Below are positions 17,196 to 26,055 of a DNA stretch of 58,535 nucleotides, one piece after another. Origin of the DNA: Akkermansia muciniphila (GTDB lineage Bacteria; Verrucomicrobiota; Verrucomicrobiia; Chthoniobacterales; Chthoniobacteraceae); assembly GCA_945883955.1 (NCBI GenBank), contig CAMCYN010000001.1:1-58535 (forward strand). The letters are read 5' to 3'. The notes beneath the pieces were generated by a model, which worked only from the letters and a program-made list of their open reading frames with translations, searched no databases and was not told the origin of the DNA. Position 1 is the first letter of the stretch, and each line of letters starts with the position of its first letter. Both the position numbers and the translations under genes were made by a program.

Positions 17196-19168
17196 GGGAG
17201 CTGAAACGTTAACTCTACTTGAGTTCCGTTGCCGGGAGCAGCCGTGAGTACGAGCGCTGCGCCGAGCGCTTCGGCGCGCTGCCGTAGCAGATCGAGGCCG
17301 AGGCCACTGGTTGGGTTTTCGGAATCGAACCCCACGCCATCGTCACTGACCCGGAGTTGAAATTCGGAGCCATTCTGTTGAATAACGATTCGGACGTGGT
17401 TGGCCTGCGCGTGTTTACGGATGTTGTTCAGGGTCTCTTTGAAGAACAGCAGGATCTGGCGTTCCTGTTCGAGGTTGAATGGACCGGGCACCTCCCGCGA
17501 ATCGAAGGAGTACTCGGTTCCGGTTAAAAGTTGCGCGGCAGTTTCCCGAAGCCGCAGTAAAAGCCCGGAAGCGGTCCTGGGGCCGGGTTGAAGGAGCCAG
17601 ACGATGTCTCGCATCGAATCGGCGGTGTCCTGGGCGATTCTTTGGACTTCCTGCATATCGGATCGAGCGTGATCGGGAGGCCGGGTGGACCCGGAAGCAA
17701 GGCGACTGAGCAAAGCGATGCTGCCGAGGTTGCTGCCGATTTCATCGTGAAGATCGGCGGAGAGTCGTTTGCGCAGATCTTGAAGAGCGCGTTCACGAAG
17801 GCCTCGCTGGCGAACCATCCACAGAAGGATTCCGGCGCCAAAGAATACCGTCGCGAACAGGGTAACGAGCGCAATTCGGTGGAGGGTGTGGGTGACGCTT
17901 AAAGTCTCCTGGGCTTCGAGTTGGCTCACTTCGCGTTGGAGTTCGCGGCGACGGGAGAGTCCCCGCAGCCAGGAGTCCAGAGGCATCAAGCGACCCACGC
18001 TGGTAAATCCATCGTTGAGGAAAGACGGATTCCATCTTGGGGTGATGGTTTGGTCGGAGGCGGCGACTTGCCCGTTTGGGGCGACATTGATTCCACCCGA
18101 GAAAATCTGCATCTCGCTGAGTGCGCAAACGAAGTCGTTGTTTCGTTGCCAGAGCTTTGTGGCGGTCACTCGAACGTACCGCGCCCGTTTGCCTCCGGCA
18201 GAAATGGACACCGGGTTGGCTTTTGGATTTTCGGCATCGGACTCCTCATATCTTGCGATGGAAGTGGCGTCGGCGAGATCCGGTTGGTTGCCGATCTCGA
18301 CCCGGAACCTTAGCGGGAATCCAAAGCCTGACCTGGCGGGGAAATCGACTGGAGCTGCGCTGAAGAGACGGATTTCCTCGAGGGACATTTCGCTACCCAG
18401 ATCGATTTGTACCCAGGTGGTCAGGTCGGGGGTCTTTGCGATGGCCGAATGGTAACCATTACTCGGGGATGGGTCTGTGAGAACAGGACTGCCTAGAGGG
18501 GTGAAACCATCGGTGGCGTTTGCAGGATCCCAGGCGGGCGGATTGTTGGCAGAATCACTGGCGGTTACGGGGCGATGGGCGGCGAGGTTACGTTCCCCGC
18601 GCAAGACCATGAGTTCACCGAGTGCAAATACGGAACGAGTGCCGGGAGTGGAGAGTTTGGTGGCGGTGACACGAATATACCGGCTTTGGGTGCCGGGAAG
18701 ATCCGCCACGACGGGGAGGGAACCGGGGTTGGAGAAATCGGTTTCGGTGTAGTCTGCAAGCACCGTGGACTGGGTGAAATCGGGCGAAGTCGCGCTTTCG
18801 ATCCGAAAACGTTTGGGAAAACCGTACCCTGCGGTTTCACCGCCGCCATCAGGCAGGGTGACCGGGATGAGGGCAATAGAGTCGAAGGATTCGGTGGCGC
18901 CGAGGTCGACTTGCAGGAATTTGGTCACCAGGCCGGCGGGGGGGGCGAAGTTACTGTGCCAGCCGAGGTGAGAGGTGTTTTCGCTTCTGAGAAACGAGGG
19001 GAGAGAGGCTAATTCGGTGCGAGCGGCGGTGAGTTGTTGGTGAATTGAGCGGACTTCCTGGGAAACGCTTTGGGCGAGTTGGGTGGAGAGGCCGCTTTGA
19101 GCGTGGGTGATTTGGGAAAGGAGAAAGAACGCGAAGCTGAGCGCGAGTGGGGTTCGCAGGAGAGGCAT
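17192..19168 (-). CDS. Sensor histidine kinase (HisKA_3 + HATPase_c) with two periplasmic discoidin-like modules
   Basis: Signal peptide, then two modules (FLQVDLGATESF..GYGFPKRFRIE..RYIRVTATKL and WVQIDLGSEMSL..GFGFPLRFRVE..RYVRVTATKL). A TM segment (IALVTLFATVFFGAGILLWMV) follows, then the H-box LSADLHDEIGSNLGSI and ATPase blocks (NNIRKHAQA, DDGVGFD, GLGLDLLRQRA). Confidence 0.85.
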   Translation of the reverse strand: MPLLRTPLALSFAFFLLSQITHAQSGLSTQLAQSVSQEVRSIHQQLTAARTELASLPSFLRSENTSHLGWHSNFAPPAGLVTKFLQVDLGATESFDSIALIPVTLPDGGGETAGYGFPKRFRIESATSPDFTQSTVLADYTETDFSNPGSLPVVADLPGTQSRYIRVTATKLSTPGTRSVFALGELMVLRGERNLAAHRPVTASDSANNPPAWDPANATDGFTPLGSPVLTDPSPSNGYHSAIAKTPDLTTWVQIDLGSEMSLEEIRLFSAAPVDFPARSGFGFPLRFRVEIGNQPDLADATSIARYEESDAENPKANPVSISAGGKRARYVRVTATKLWQRNNDFVCALSEMQIFSGGINVAPNGQVAASDQTITPRWNPSFLNDGFTSVGRLMPLDSWLRGLSRRRELQREVSQLEAQETLSVTHTLHRIALVTLFATVFFGAGILLWMVRQRGLRERALQDLRKRLSADLHDEIGSNLGSIALLSRLASGSTRPPDHARSDMQEVQRIAQDTADSMRDIVWLLQPGPRTASGLLLRLRETAAQLLTGTEYSFDSREVPGPFNLEQERQILLFFKETLNNIRKHAQANHVRIVIQQNGSEFQLRVSDDGVGFDSENPTSGLGLDLLRQRAEALGAALVLTAAPGNGTQVELTFQLP

Positions 19169-19294
19169 ACGATGGCGCGAGTGGTGGCGTGCGAGGGTCT
19201 TATCCCGGAAGCGAGCGAGGAACGAGGAGTGTGACTAGGGAAGGGAAGTAGCCGTTTCGTAGGACCTACGCGTCCTTCCGATATGACTCACACC

Positions 19295-20038
19295 TCATAC
19301 ATAACGCCCACTCTTTGCTTCACAATGCGCGTTCGTCAGAGGAGCCCGGTGCGGGAAATCCGCACGCCGTGATCTGCGATGGAACTGTCGGGCAACCGGC
19401 AGTTCTACCTCAATAACTTCCTGTTCCTCCAACGGGCCCAGGATCACGATGAACACCTCCAGTCGTTCAATCACCCAAGCAGGAGCCTGCACTTTGATCG
19501 CAGTCCATGCCTTTCCTTTCCACCATTTCCCTGTGACATGGATGTTTTGCGTCACAAGGACACTCCGGCCCATCGCCGCCAGTCGTTGGCGTTCTCGCAC
19601 CAGTTGTTGCCGCTGCCGGGTGATGGCACGTTCCCTCTCTTCGTCCACCGTCGGAATACGTATCACACTGAACTCCATGTGATTCCCGCGCTCGTACCGA
19701 TCCAGACGCTGACATAACGCGGCAGCATCCAGCCGGTCGTTCTTCACGCCTTTGACGCGTTCATCCCAGTCCTGAGGTTGCACTACGTAGTTCTTGATGC
19801 CGAGTTCCTCTAACCGGCGATGCAGATGAAATCCGAAAGCCCCCGCTTCGTAACAAGTCACGACTTTATCTGTGAGCTTCTGTTGCTTGACCACGAACAG
19901 AAGCAGTTCGTCGTAGGTCATCTTCTGGACCGGCTGCGGCGGCGCGCCATCGACCTGCCGGCTCACCCAGTAATATCTAGCGTGAGCGTCGATCCCGAGT
20001 TTGATCGCTTCGTAAGAGGGAGTGGCGGTTGTCATCAC
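19295..20038 (-). mobile_element. IS110-family transposase, N-terminal (DEDD) domain only; 3'-truncated relic
   Basis: IKLGIDAHARYYWV..VVTCYEAGAFGFHLHRRLEELGI..VKNDRLDAAALCQ matches the IS110 N-domain. The expected C-terminal Transposase_20 domain (~150 aa) is missing, and the tail after ~aa 205 looks like non-coding read-through. Confidence 0.7.
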
Positions 20039-20225
20039 TTTGAAGATCGCGGGATCTCGCGTGGCTCAACAACCTCATGTCATCTATCAGTTCGCCGCGC
20101 AACATCCAGCCAATGCTGGCTTTACGCCCAGCCTTTCTGTGCCTGCAAAGGAATACCCAAAAAGCCCCGACGCAAAACGCATCGGACGCCACGCTCGGGG
20201 TTCGGGGCTGCCGCATTCTGTTGGG

Positions 20226-21029
20226 CTATCGCCAGCCCGCTCGGTCCGAGGCGTACCTCAAAAATTCGGCCATCTGGCGCTGCGCCTCAATGGACACCGG
20301 ACCGGTCCGGGAAAGCTCCAAGAGCGTATCCGCAGCTTTGGAGGGCATGGGATCCTCGGGGACGAGCCGTTGGAGTTCGCGCAGCCCGGCGAGGAGATTG
20401 GCGAACACCGCAGGATGCTCCCGGGTTTCCCGCAACAGGTTGCCCGAAGGCGTGCGTTTGTCGTCACTGATCATCTCCAAGAAGCCCAGTGCACTCGAAT
20501 CGATCGGCGGCCGGGTTCTGTCTACAACCGTCTCCGAGCGGGTGGCGACACCCCCGGTGACGGTGCGTTGGAGCGGGCGGGGAATCCCCGGCTGAACAAA
20601 TCCGCCGTCGCCATCCGCCACAACCAAAGGCGCCCGCTGTTGTGTGGCTTCCCGGTAGTCAATCCGCGACTGGCGCGATTCCTTCGCGCGGAAGGTGATG
20701 TTTACCGCCGACGAGAGAAATTCCGCATACGGGTTGGGTCGCGCGGCTTCCGGGCCGAGCACGGTCTTTTCACCGGTTAACAGCGCCTTCTGACGGGCCG
20801 CTTCCAATGCCACCTCCTGTTTGGCTAAACGACCCAAGTCCACGTGCTCCCATTTGACCGTGACGGATTGGGCTTCCCCGGGACGCACAAACGTGACGCC
20901 GTCCGCCCCCGCTACCGCGTGATCCGGGAGAGGCAGCGCACCGCCTCTAGCCAGGGGGAGCGACCGGGCTTGGGTCGCTTCCATCAGGACGAAAATTCCA
21001 CCAACAATCAGAGCGAAAAGAGGTTTCAT
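20226..21029 (-). CDS. Hypothetical secreted protein
   Basis: 267-aa ORF with signal peptide MKPLFALIVGGIFVLMEATQA. It sits 240 nt downstream of tpsB on the same strand. No family recognised. Confidence 0.5.
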   Translation of the reverse strand: MKPLFALIVGGIFVLMEATQARSLPLARGGALPLPDHAVAGADGVTFVRPGEAQSVTVKWEHVDLGRLAKQEVALEAARQKALLTGEKTVLGPEAARPNPYAEFLSSAVNITFRAKESRQSRIDYREATQQRAPLVVADGDGGFVQPGIPRPLQRTVTGGVATRSETVVDRTRPPIDSSALGFLEMISDDKRTPSGNLLRETREHPAVFANLLAGLRELQRLVPEDPMPSKAADTLLELSRTGPVSIEAQRQMAEFLRYASDRAGWR

Positions 21030-21269
21030 GCGGGGCGAACGGGTGAGAAATCGCGGGGGATATGCGAGAGGATGTCTGGGAGGTTTGCGAGGGATTCGCT
21101 CCGGGAGAAACTGATAAACTGATAGAATTCCCTTTTTGCGTACGTATGGAGGAAAAGAGCCGAATCAGCATTGCGGGTTCATTTCACCCAAATTAAACAG
21201 GCGTAATTCTTCTCCAGTTGAGCCGATTAAGTCTGTTTGTCGCCTCATGTAGCGAGCCAGCTTCCCGGC

Positions 21270-23249
21270 CTACCACAGCATCAGCACGCTCACATGCAGC
21301 CTGGACGAACCGGCCTTCACCTGGGGGAGCCCGGGTTGATTCTGCTCGTTCAGAGCACACCCCAAGTCGGTCCGCAGCATTCCGTTCAGCTTGCCGCGAA
21401 ACACCATGTCCATCCCCACCCCCGCCCCAACAAGTGAGCGGTCTCCCACCTCCCCGAATCCCGGTTTCGCCTGATTCACATGGACCTGCGCGCCGTCCAC
21501 AAAGCCCCGCAACGCCACCTCCACCGGAAGCCCTTTGCCCACAAACCATCCGGCCCTCGACTGCCCCCGGGCCGCCGCCCTGTCCGATTCCACCCCGACG
21601 CCGCGCGGAACCCGCATTTCGGAGTCTGTCTCGGACTGTGCTTCCTTCTGCCTTGCAGCAGCTTCTCTGGCCCACCGCCCCCTCAAGAAATCGTTTAACC
21701 GCAACCGATACTCCGCAGTCGCAAAAGATACCGTGTCCCCAGCAGCCAAAGACTCGCGGTACCCACGCACCGAATCCATTCCCCCGGCCACGCCTTGGAA
21801 CTGCGGCACCAACCGCGCCTGATCCCAGGCCACCTGGCCCCTCATGTTCAAGGCCAGCTCGTGTGCACCGCCCAGAGCCGCCTTTTTAGCTGAAAACAAA
21901 TCCAAGAATTTCACCGCCCGGCGGCTGAACATCACATTCCAGCGGGAAACCAACGCCTCCTCGGCTGGATTGACCCGACCCAAAATCGCATTGTCTCGAT
22001 CCTCCGTGGCGGCGTATTCGGTCTGAAACGAACCACTCAGACGCCCAAGGCGGCCCGGTTTTTCAGCCGCCACCGACACGTACGGAACCAGGAACGTCGA
22101 ACTTCCCTCCTGCCCCGCCACATCATTCCGCACCGCCGCATCCAAAACATAAGCTCCGCCCGTAATCGAAAGGGGCCACGATTTCCCCAAATCGGGCGTC
22201 CAAGTGCTCTGCACTCCCAAAGTCTGCGAGGTGGACCGGAATCCCAAGCCCAACTGCCCCAGATCCGCCAGCGACAGATCCGAGTACGACCCATACACCC
22301 GCAGTTTCCATATGTCGGGAAACACGAGTGTGGACTCCGATGCAATGGAAACGCTCTTGTACTTCTCAAAATCCGAAGTCGTGTAATCCAGCGTCTCCAC
22401 ATCGTCCGCGCCCCACGCCTGGCGCAGCTCTACCCCCAGGCGGCTCCGCCACTCGCCGGATTCCTTGTTCCCCGAGTTGGAGGTCAGCACACTTGCGCTT
22501 AAGCGCTTCTGCTCCTGCTCAAGCAGGGTCAGGTTCAACGTCCCCGAGGCTTCCCCCGGCGCTAGCACGCTCTCCGCTCGGCGTCCAGAATACCGGTTCA
22601 CCCGATCCAGATAATTCTGCAGCGCGTCTTTGCGAAGCAAAGCTCCGGGTTGAAGGGGAGACTGAGCCGCTATGCGTTTTCCCACGGACTCGGCGGGAAA
22701 CAGCCACGCCGGCCCGGCTCCCGTGCGCCGCAGGAAGTCCAGTTTGGCCACCCGGCTGTAGTACACCAGCATCCGCAGCTCCCCTTGTCCGGCCAGCCGG
22801 TTCTCTACAAGGGGGCTGACTCCCAAATCAATCTGCCCGGGATCAACCACCACCAAAACTCCATAAATACCTTGCTGATTGAGTTTCGAAACCACCGCTC
22901 GGCTCACTGCCACAATCGCCGAAGCACCAAAACGACGCGCCTTTCCATCCCCCCCAAGCCGCACTTTCTCCGAGCCCTTTTCCCCCGGAAGTAAGGCCGC
23001 CATTTGCCCGGAAACAGACTTGAGCGGCACCTCCAGTTTTTCAAAAACTGTCAGATCAGGGAGCGAGCCATCCCGCCCCTTGCCATCCTCGGGATCCTGA
23101 TAGGCAAACACAAAACGCGTCACCGCCACACTGGATTCTTGAGCGGCAAGTTCTGTGGGAACAGCCGAAGAACCAGTCGCACTTCGCAAACACACCGCGC
23201 CGACAAAGATGGAAACGGAAATCGAAGCAACAGAAATAAAATTCCTCAT
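21270..23249 (-). CDS. ShlB/FhaC-type outer-membrane transporter (TpsB-like) of a two-partner secretion pair
   Basis: Signal peptide from MRNFISVASISVSIFVGAVCL (start at 23249; the track ORF extends to 23303). The size and glycine/aromatic-rich beta-strand pattern fit an outer-membrane barrel, and the protein ends in a terminal aromatic residue (..VSVLMLW). It lies immediately downstream of a TPS-domain gene. Confidence 0.6.
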   Translation of the reverse strand: MRNFISVASISVSIFVGAVCLRSATGSSAVPTELAAQESSVAVTRFVFAYQDPEDGKGRDGSLPDLTVFEKLEVPLKSVSGQMAALLPGEKGSEKVRLGGDGKARRFGASAIVAVSRAVVSKLNQQGIYGVLVVVDPGQIDLGVSPLVENRLAGQGELRMLVYYSRVAKLDFLRRTGAGPAWLFPAESVGKRIAAQSPLQPGALLRKDALQNYLDRVNRYSGRRAESVLAPGEASGTLNLTLLEQEQKRLSASVLTSNSGNKESGEWRSRLGVELRQAWGADDVETLDYTTSDFEKYKSVSIASESTLVFPDIWKLRVYGSYSDLSLADLGQLGLGFRSTSQTLGVQSTWTPDLGKSWPLSITGGAYVLDAAVRNDVAGQEGSSTFLVPYVSVAAEKPGRLGRLSGSFQTEYAATEDRDNAILGRVNPAEEALVSRWNVMFSRRAVKFLDLFSAKKAALGGAHELALNMRGQVAWDQARLVPQFQGVAGGMDSVRGYRESLAAGDTVSFATAEYRLRLNDFLRGRWAREAAARQKEAQSETDSEMRVPRGVGVESDRAAARGQSRAGWFVGKGLPVEVALRGFVDGAQVHVNQAKPGFGEVGDRSLVGAGVGMDMVFRGKLNGMLRTDLGCALNEQNQPGLPQVKAGSSRLHVSVLMLW

Positions 23250-23319
23250 GGGTGGGAAGAAAGGAGGAGGCGCCCGCAAAGACGCCTCCCCAAGAAGACT
23301 CAAAACTTAGAACAACGGA

Positions 23320-25275
23320 TTACTGCCTCTTCTTAGAGGAACCCTCAGTGCCGTCGTTGAGCAGATTGTTGGACGAGAGGATGATCCCCCCCGTGAAGGC
23401 GTCTCCGGCGGAGAGGGGCTTTCCTCCACGAAATCCCCGCTCCGATTCCCCGAAGCTCGAACCCGGCTTGAGATTCAGTTTCTCCACCGAAGCCGAGGTC
23501 AGGCGAACCTGTGAAGCAGGTCCGACGAAGAGGCCCCCACCAGCGGCCTCACTCTTGACGGTAACCTCCGAAGCGAATCTGGGTACCGCAGCCGAGGTTA
23601 GAACCCCGCCAAAGTCCACCGCGCCAATTTGAGGATTCACAATCCCTTTGTCGTTGCGAGTGCCTCCGGGCGTGATTACTCCCATGAAGTTCAACACTTT
23701 CGCCATCAAATCGAACCCGATTGAATCCACCAACCGGTTGCCTGCCGCAGTCTTGATGCCTACCAAATCGTCCACGATAATCGGGAACACCTCTAGGTTC
23801 GGATCCACTAGGACCGGGTCCTCCGGGCGCTCGACCGCCGGATCCTTACTGTCTGCCAATGGGTCCTTGATAGGCGGGTCGACAATCGGGTCGAGCGAAT
23901 CCTGCACCGTGAAGGTTCCTTCCTGTCCTGCAGGAGCGGAAACATCCGCCACCAGCGTCGCGGCCTGAGTGACCTGCTGATTGGACTGCAACGTGATGCG
24001 GCCCCCATCCCCGCCCACCTCGCCACCCCGAGCCAGCAAGATTCCGTCGACGCTCAGGGAATCCCCGCCAGACAACCAAATAGAACCGCCATTGCCTTTG
24101 CCCACGCCACTAACATCCAACAGGGATGCTCCATCCGCGGCTCCAACCACGGTGACGTCCTTTCCGAAAACGGAAATCTCGCCGCCCTGCACATCGCCCC
24201 GAGCGCTTAGCGTTGCCCCAGCCAGCTCCACGGATTCGCCCGAAATAGTGATGCTTCCCACCGGATTCGCAGCATTTTGATTCTGCTGAGACGCGTCGAT
24301 TCCTCCGGAAACCACCACCTTCGTGGAAGCATCCACCCGCACGCTCTTTGTTGCTGTTGTTTGCCCGGTATGTTTGACCCCGATGGCGTACAAATCGCCT
24401 GCTCCCATATAAACAGAACGCGCTCTTATCGCGCCCGCCTGAGTCACCGCTGCCTGCGAACTGTCCGAAGGGGCCTTCGCCGCACCCTTCTTGGCGGCGC
24501 GGCTCGTTTTTTCTTTGGGTGCCGCAAGCTGTAGTTCCGCCGATAACGCGCTCTCCGATCCTGCGGCATTTGCGATATTCTGCACCACCGCCACATCACC
24601 TCCCTCTTCGCTCACCACAACATTCTCACCGGAGACCATCGCTACCAAGCCATTGGGAGCCACGATCGAGCCCGTGTTGGAGACCGTCCGGCCCAACAAA
24701 GCAACTCCCTCACCAGCGGTAATCTGCCCGGCGTTTTCCACCGAACCTGTGAGGTTCACCGAAAGTTTACCGCCGTTCTTGAGGAAATCGTCGTCCGAGA
24801 TGGTACCAGCAGCAGCCACCAGATTTCCCACCGAAATCACGCTGCCCGACCCGAAAAAGATCCCAGCCGAATTAGCTAAAACCACCCGGCCATTGGCGTC
24901 CATCCGCCCCAAGATCTCCGAAGGGGTTCCGTCCGTGGCCCGGGCCAGCACCGTGCTCGTCGCGCTGGGTTGCACGAATTTGAGCGACTCATCCGCTGCG
25001 ATGTTGAACTTCGTGAAGTTCAAAATGGAACGGTCGGAAACGTTCACCGTCATGGTTTTGTCCGTGCTGGAGATGGAGGCCTGACCGGCTACCGCCTGTC
25101 CTCCCACGGGAAGAGCGTGCACGGGAGAGCTGAGGCAAACCGCAGCGAGCGCCGTCGCGATGGAGGCACTCAGGATCCGAGGTATCCGGTTGGGGTGGCG
25201 TTTGGGGGACGTCTTTGTATCTATTGTGGTTTTGCGGTTCATCGCTTTTTGGGGTTTTTTCGATTGATTTTCCAA
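23320..25275 (-). CDS. Filamentous-haemagglutinin-type exoprotein (TpsA-like) with N-terminal TPS (haemagg_act) domain
   Basis: LPVGGQAVAGQASISSTDKTMTVNVSDRSILNFTKFNIAADESLKFVQPSATSTVLARATDGTPSEILGRMDANGRVVLANSAGIFFGSGSVISVGNLVAAAG follows the TPS-domain pattern. The rest is Gly/Ser/Val-rich and beta-helix-like. Confidence 0.75.
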   Translation of the reverse strand: MENQSKKPQKAMNRKTTIDTKTSPKRHPNRIPRILSASIATALAAVCLSSPVHALPVGGQAVAGQASISSTDKTMTVNVSDRSILNFTKFNIAADESLKFVQPSATSTVLARATDGTPSEILGRMDANGRVVLANSAGIFFGSGSVISVGNLVAAAGTISDDDFLKNGGKLSVNLTGSVENAGQITAGEGVALLGRTVSNTGSIVAPNGLVAMVSGENVVVSEEGGDVAVVQNIANAAGSESALSAELQLAAPKEKTSRAAKKGAAKAPSDSSQAAVTQAGAIRARSVYMGAGDLYAIGVKHTGQTTATKSVRVDASTKVVVSGGIDASQQNQNAANPVGSITISGESVELAGATLSARGDVQGGEISVFGKDVTVVGAADGASLLDVSGVGKGNGGSIWLSGGDSLSVDGILLARGGEVGGDGGRITLQSNQQVTQAATLVADVSAPAGQEGTFTVQDSLDPIVDPPIKDPLADSKDPAVERPEDPVLVDPNLEVFPIIVDDLVGIKTAAGNRLVDSIGFDLMAKVLNFMGVITPGGTRNDKGIVNPQIGAVDFGGVLTSAAVPRFASEVTVKSEAAGGGLFVGPASQVRLTSASVEKLNLKPGSSFGESERGFRGGKPLSAGDAFTGGIILSSNNLLNDGTEGSSKKRQ

Positions 25276-25442
25276 CGGCGATTAACTGACGGACTTATCA
25301 CAAGTCCTTCGGCTGCATACCTAGCCGTTGGTCTAGGTCTATTACTTTTCACTTAGTACGTTTTGGTGAATTTCCCTTGGATCACGCCAGAGCCGGACAG
25401 ACCCAATTTTTCTTCTGTCGAAAGATCGCACTGCCGGGGCCC

Positions 25443-25537
25443 GGCAGGGACTCCACTTTGGAACTGGGAAATGGCACCTTCATAAGAAGCTCACACAAAG
25501 GAACGCCACCCCGGCTTCCTTTTGTCACAAAACTTTC
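25443..25537 (-). promoter_or_regulatory. ~95-nt conserved upstream element, copy A (oriented toward tpsA)
   Basis: 69/95 ungapped identities (hand count) with the reverse complement of 25921..26015. The repeat itself is certain; a regulatory role is inferred. Confidence 0.6.
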
Positions 25538-25920
25538 AGCGCCACCTGAAAACGCCCCTGAAATGCGATTTCGCCTCAACGAATCCTGCGCTACGCCGCT
25601 CGACACCAAGCAGATCAAAATCCCAACCGGTTTCTGTTTATAAACTTACGAATTACCGCGCCGCGATAATATAGCCCCTCCCTCAATGCGTACGTAAAAA
25701 GGAATTTCCTCAGCATCAGTAATGCGGACTACGCGGCTACCCTTGCTGGGATGAAAGCTCAAAGGAATGCCTTCGACTCCTGTCACTGGCGCAAGAGTGG
25801 ATCCTTTCTTTCATAAATCTCGGGTCACTTCTGCGGAGTAGCCAAGTTTACGGTGAAGCCGTGTCGTGGGTATTTCCGGTCGGGGATTCGGTTCGGTAAC
25901 AAAATGTTTTAGGTAGACGG

Positions 25921-26015
25921 AAAACTTTTGTGACAAAAAGAGGCTTCGGTGGCGTTTTGACGTCAGCGCTTCTTATGACCCCGTCTTTTCCCAGCTCAAA
26001 AATGGAGTCCTGGCC
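25921..26015 (+). promoter_or_regulatory. ~95-nt conserved upstream element, copy B (oriented toward the ECF sigma gene)
   Basis: Conserved blocks TTTTGTGACAAAA, GGTGGCGTT, GCTTCTTATGA, TTTCCCAG and (A/G)TGGAGTCC occur in the same order as in copy A. Confidence 0.6.
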
Positions 26016-26055
26016 GAATAGCGCCGGGATCGATCGTTTTGGGGTGGGCTCGGAA

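Noticed and set aside
25377-25643. Track ORFs 25377..25643 (+) and 25382..25618 (-) in the tpsA-sigma intergenic region.
   Set aside because: They overlap the 95-nt repeated element. The peptide similarity between the two element copies is accompanied by many non-synonymous differences, so a DNA/RNA-level element is the better explanation. A short leader peptide is kept only as an alternative in the finding.
21128-25709. A ~28-nt inverted similarity flanking the TPS operon: GAATTCCCTTTTTGCGTACGTATGGAGG at about 21128, against the reverse complement of 25681-25709.
   Set aside because: Only about 19/23 core matches. By rough estimate, tens of such matches are expected by chance among all position pairs in 58 kb. 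This is not enough to call terminal inverted repeats.
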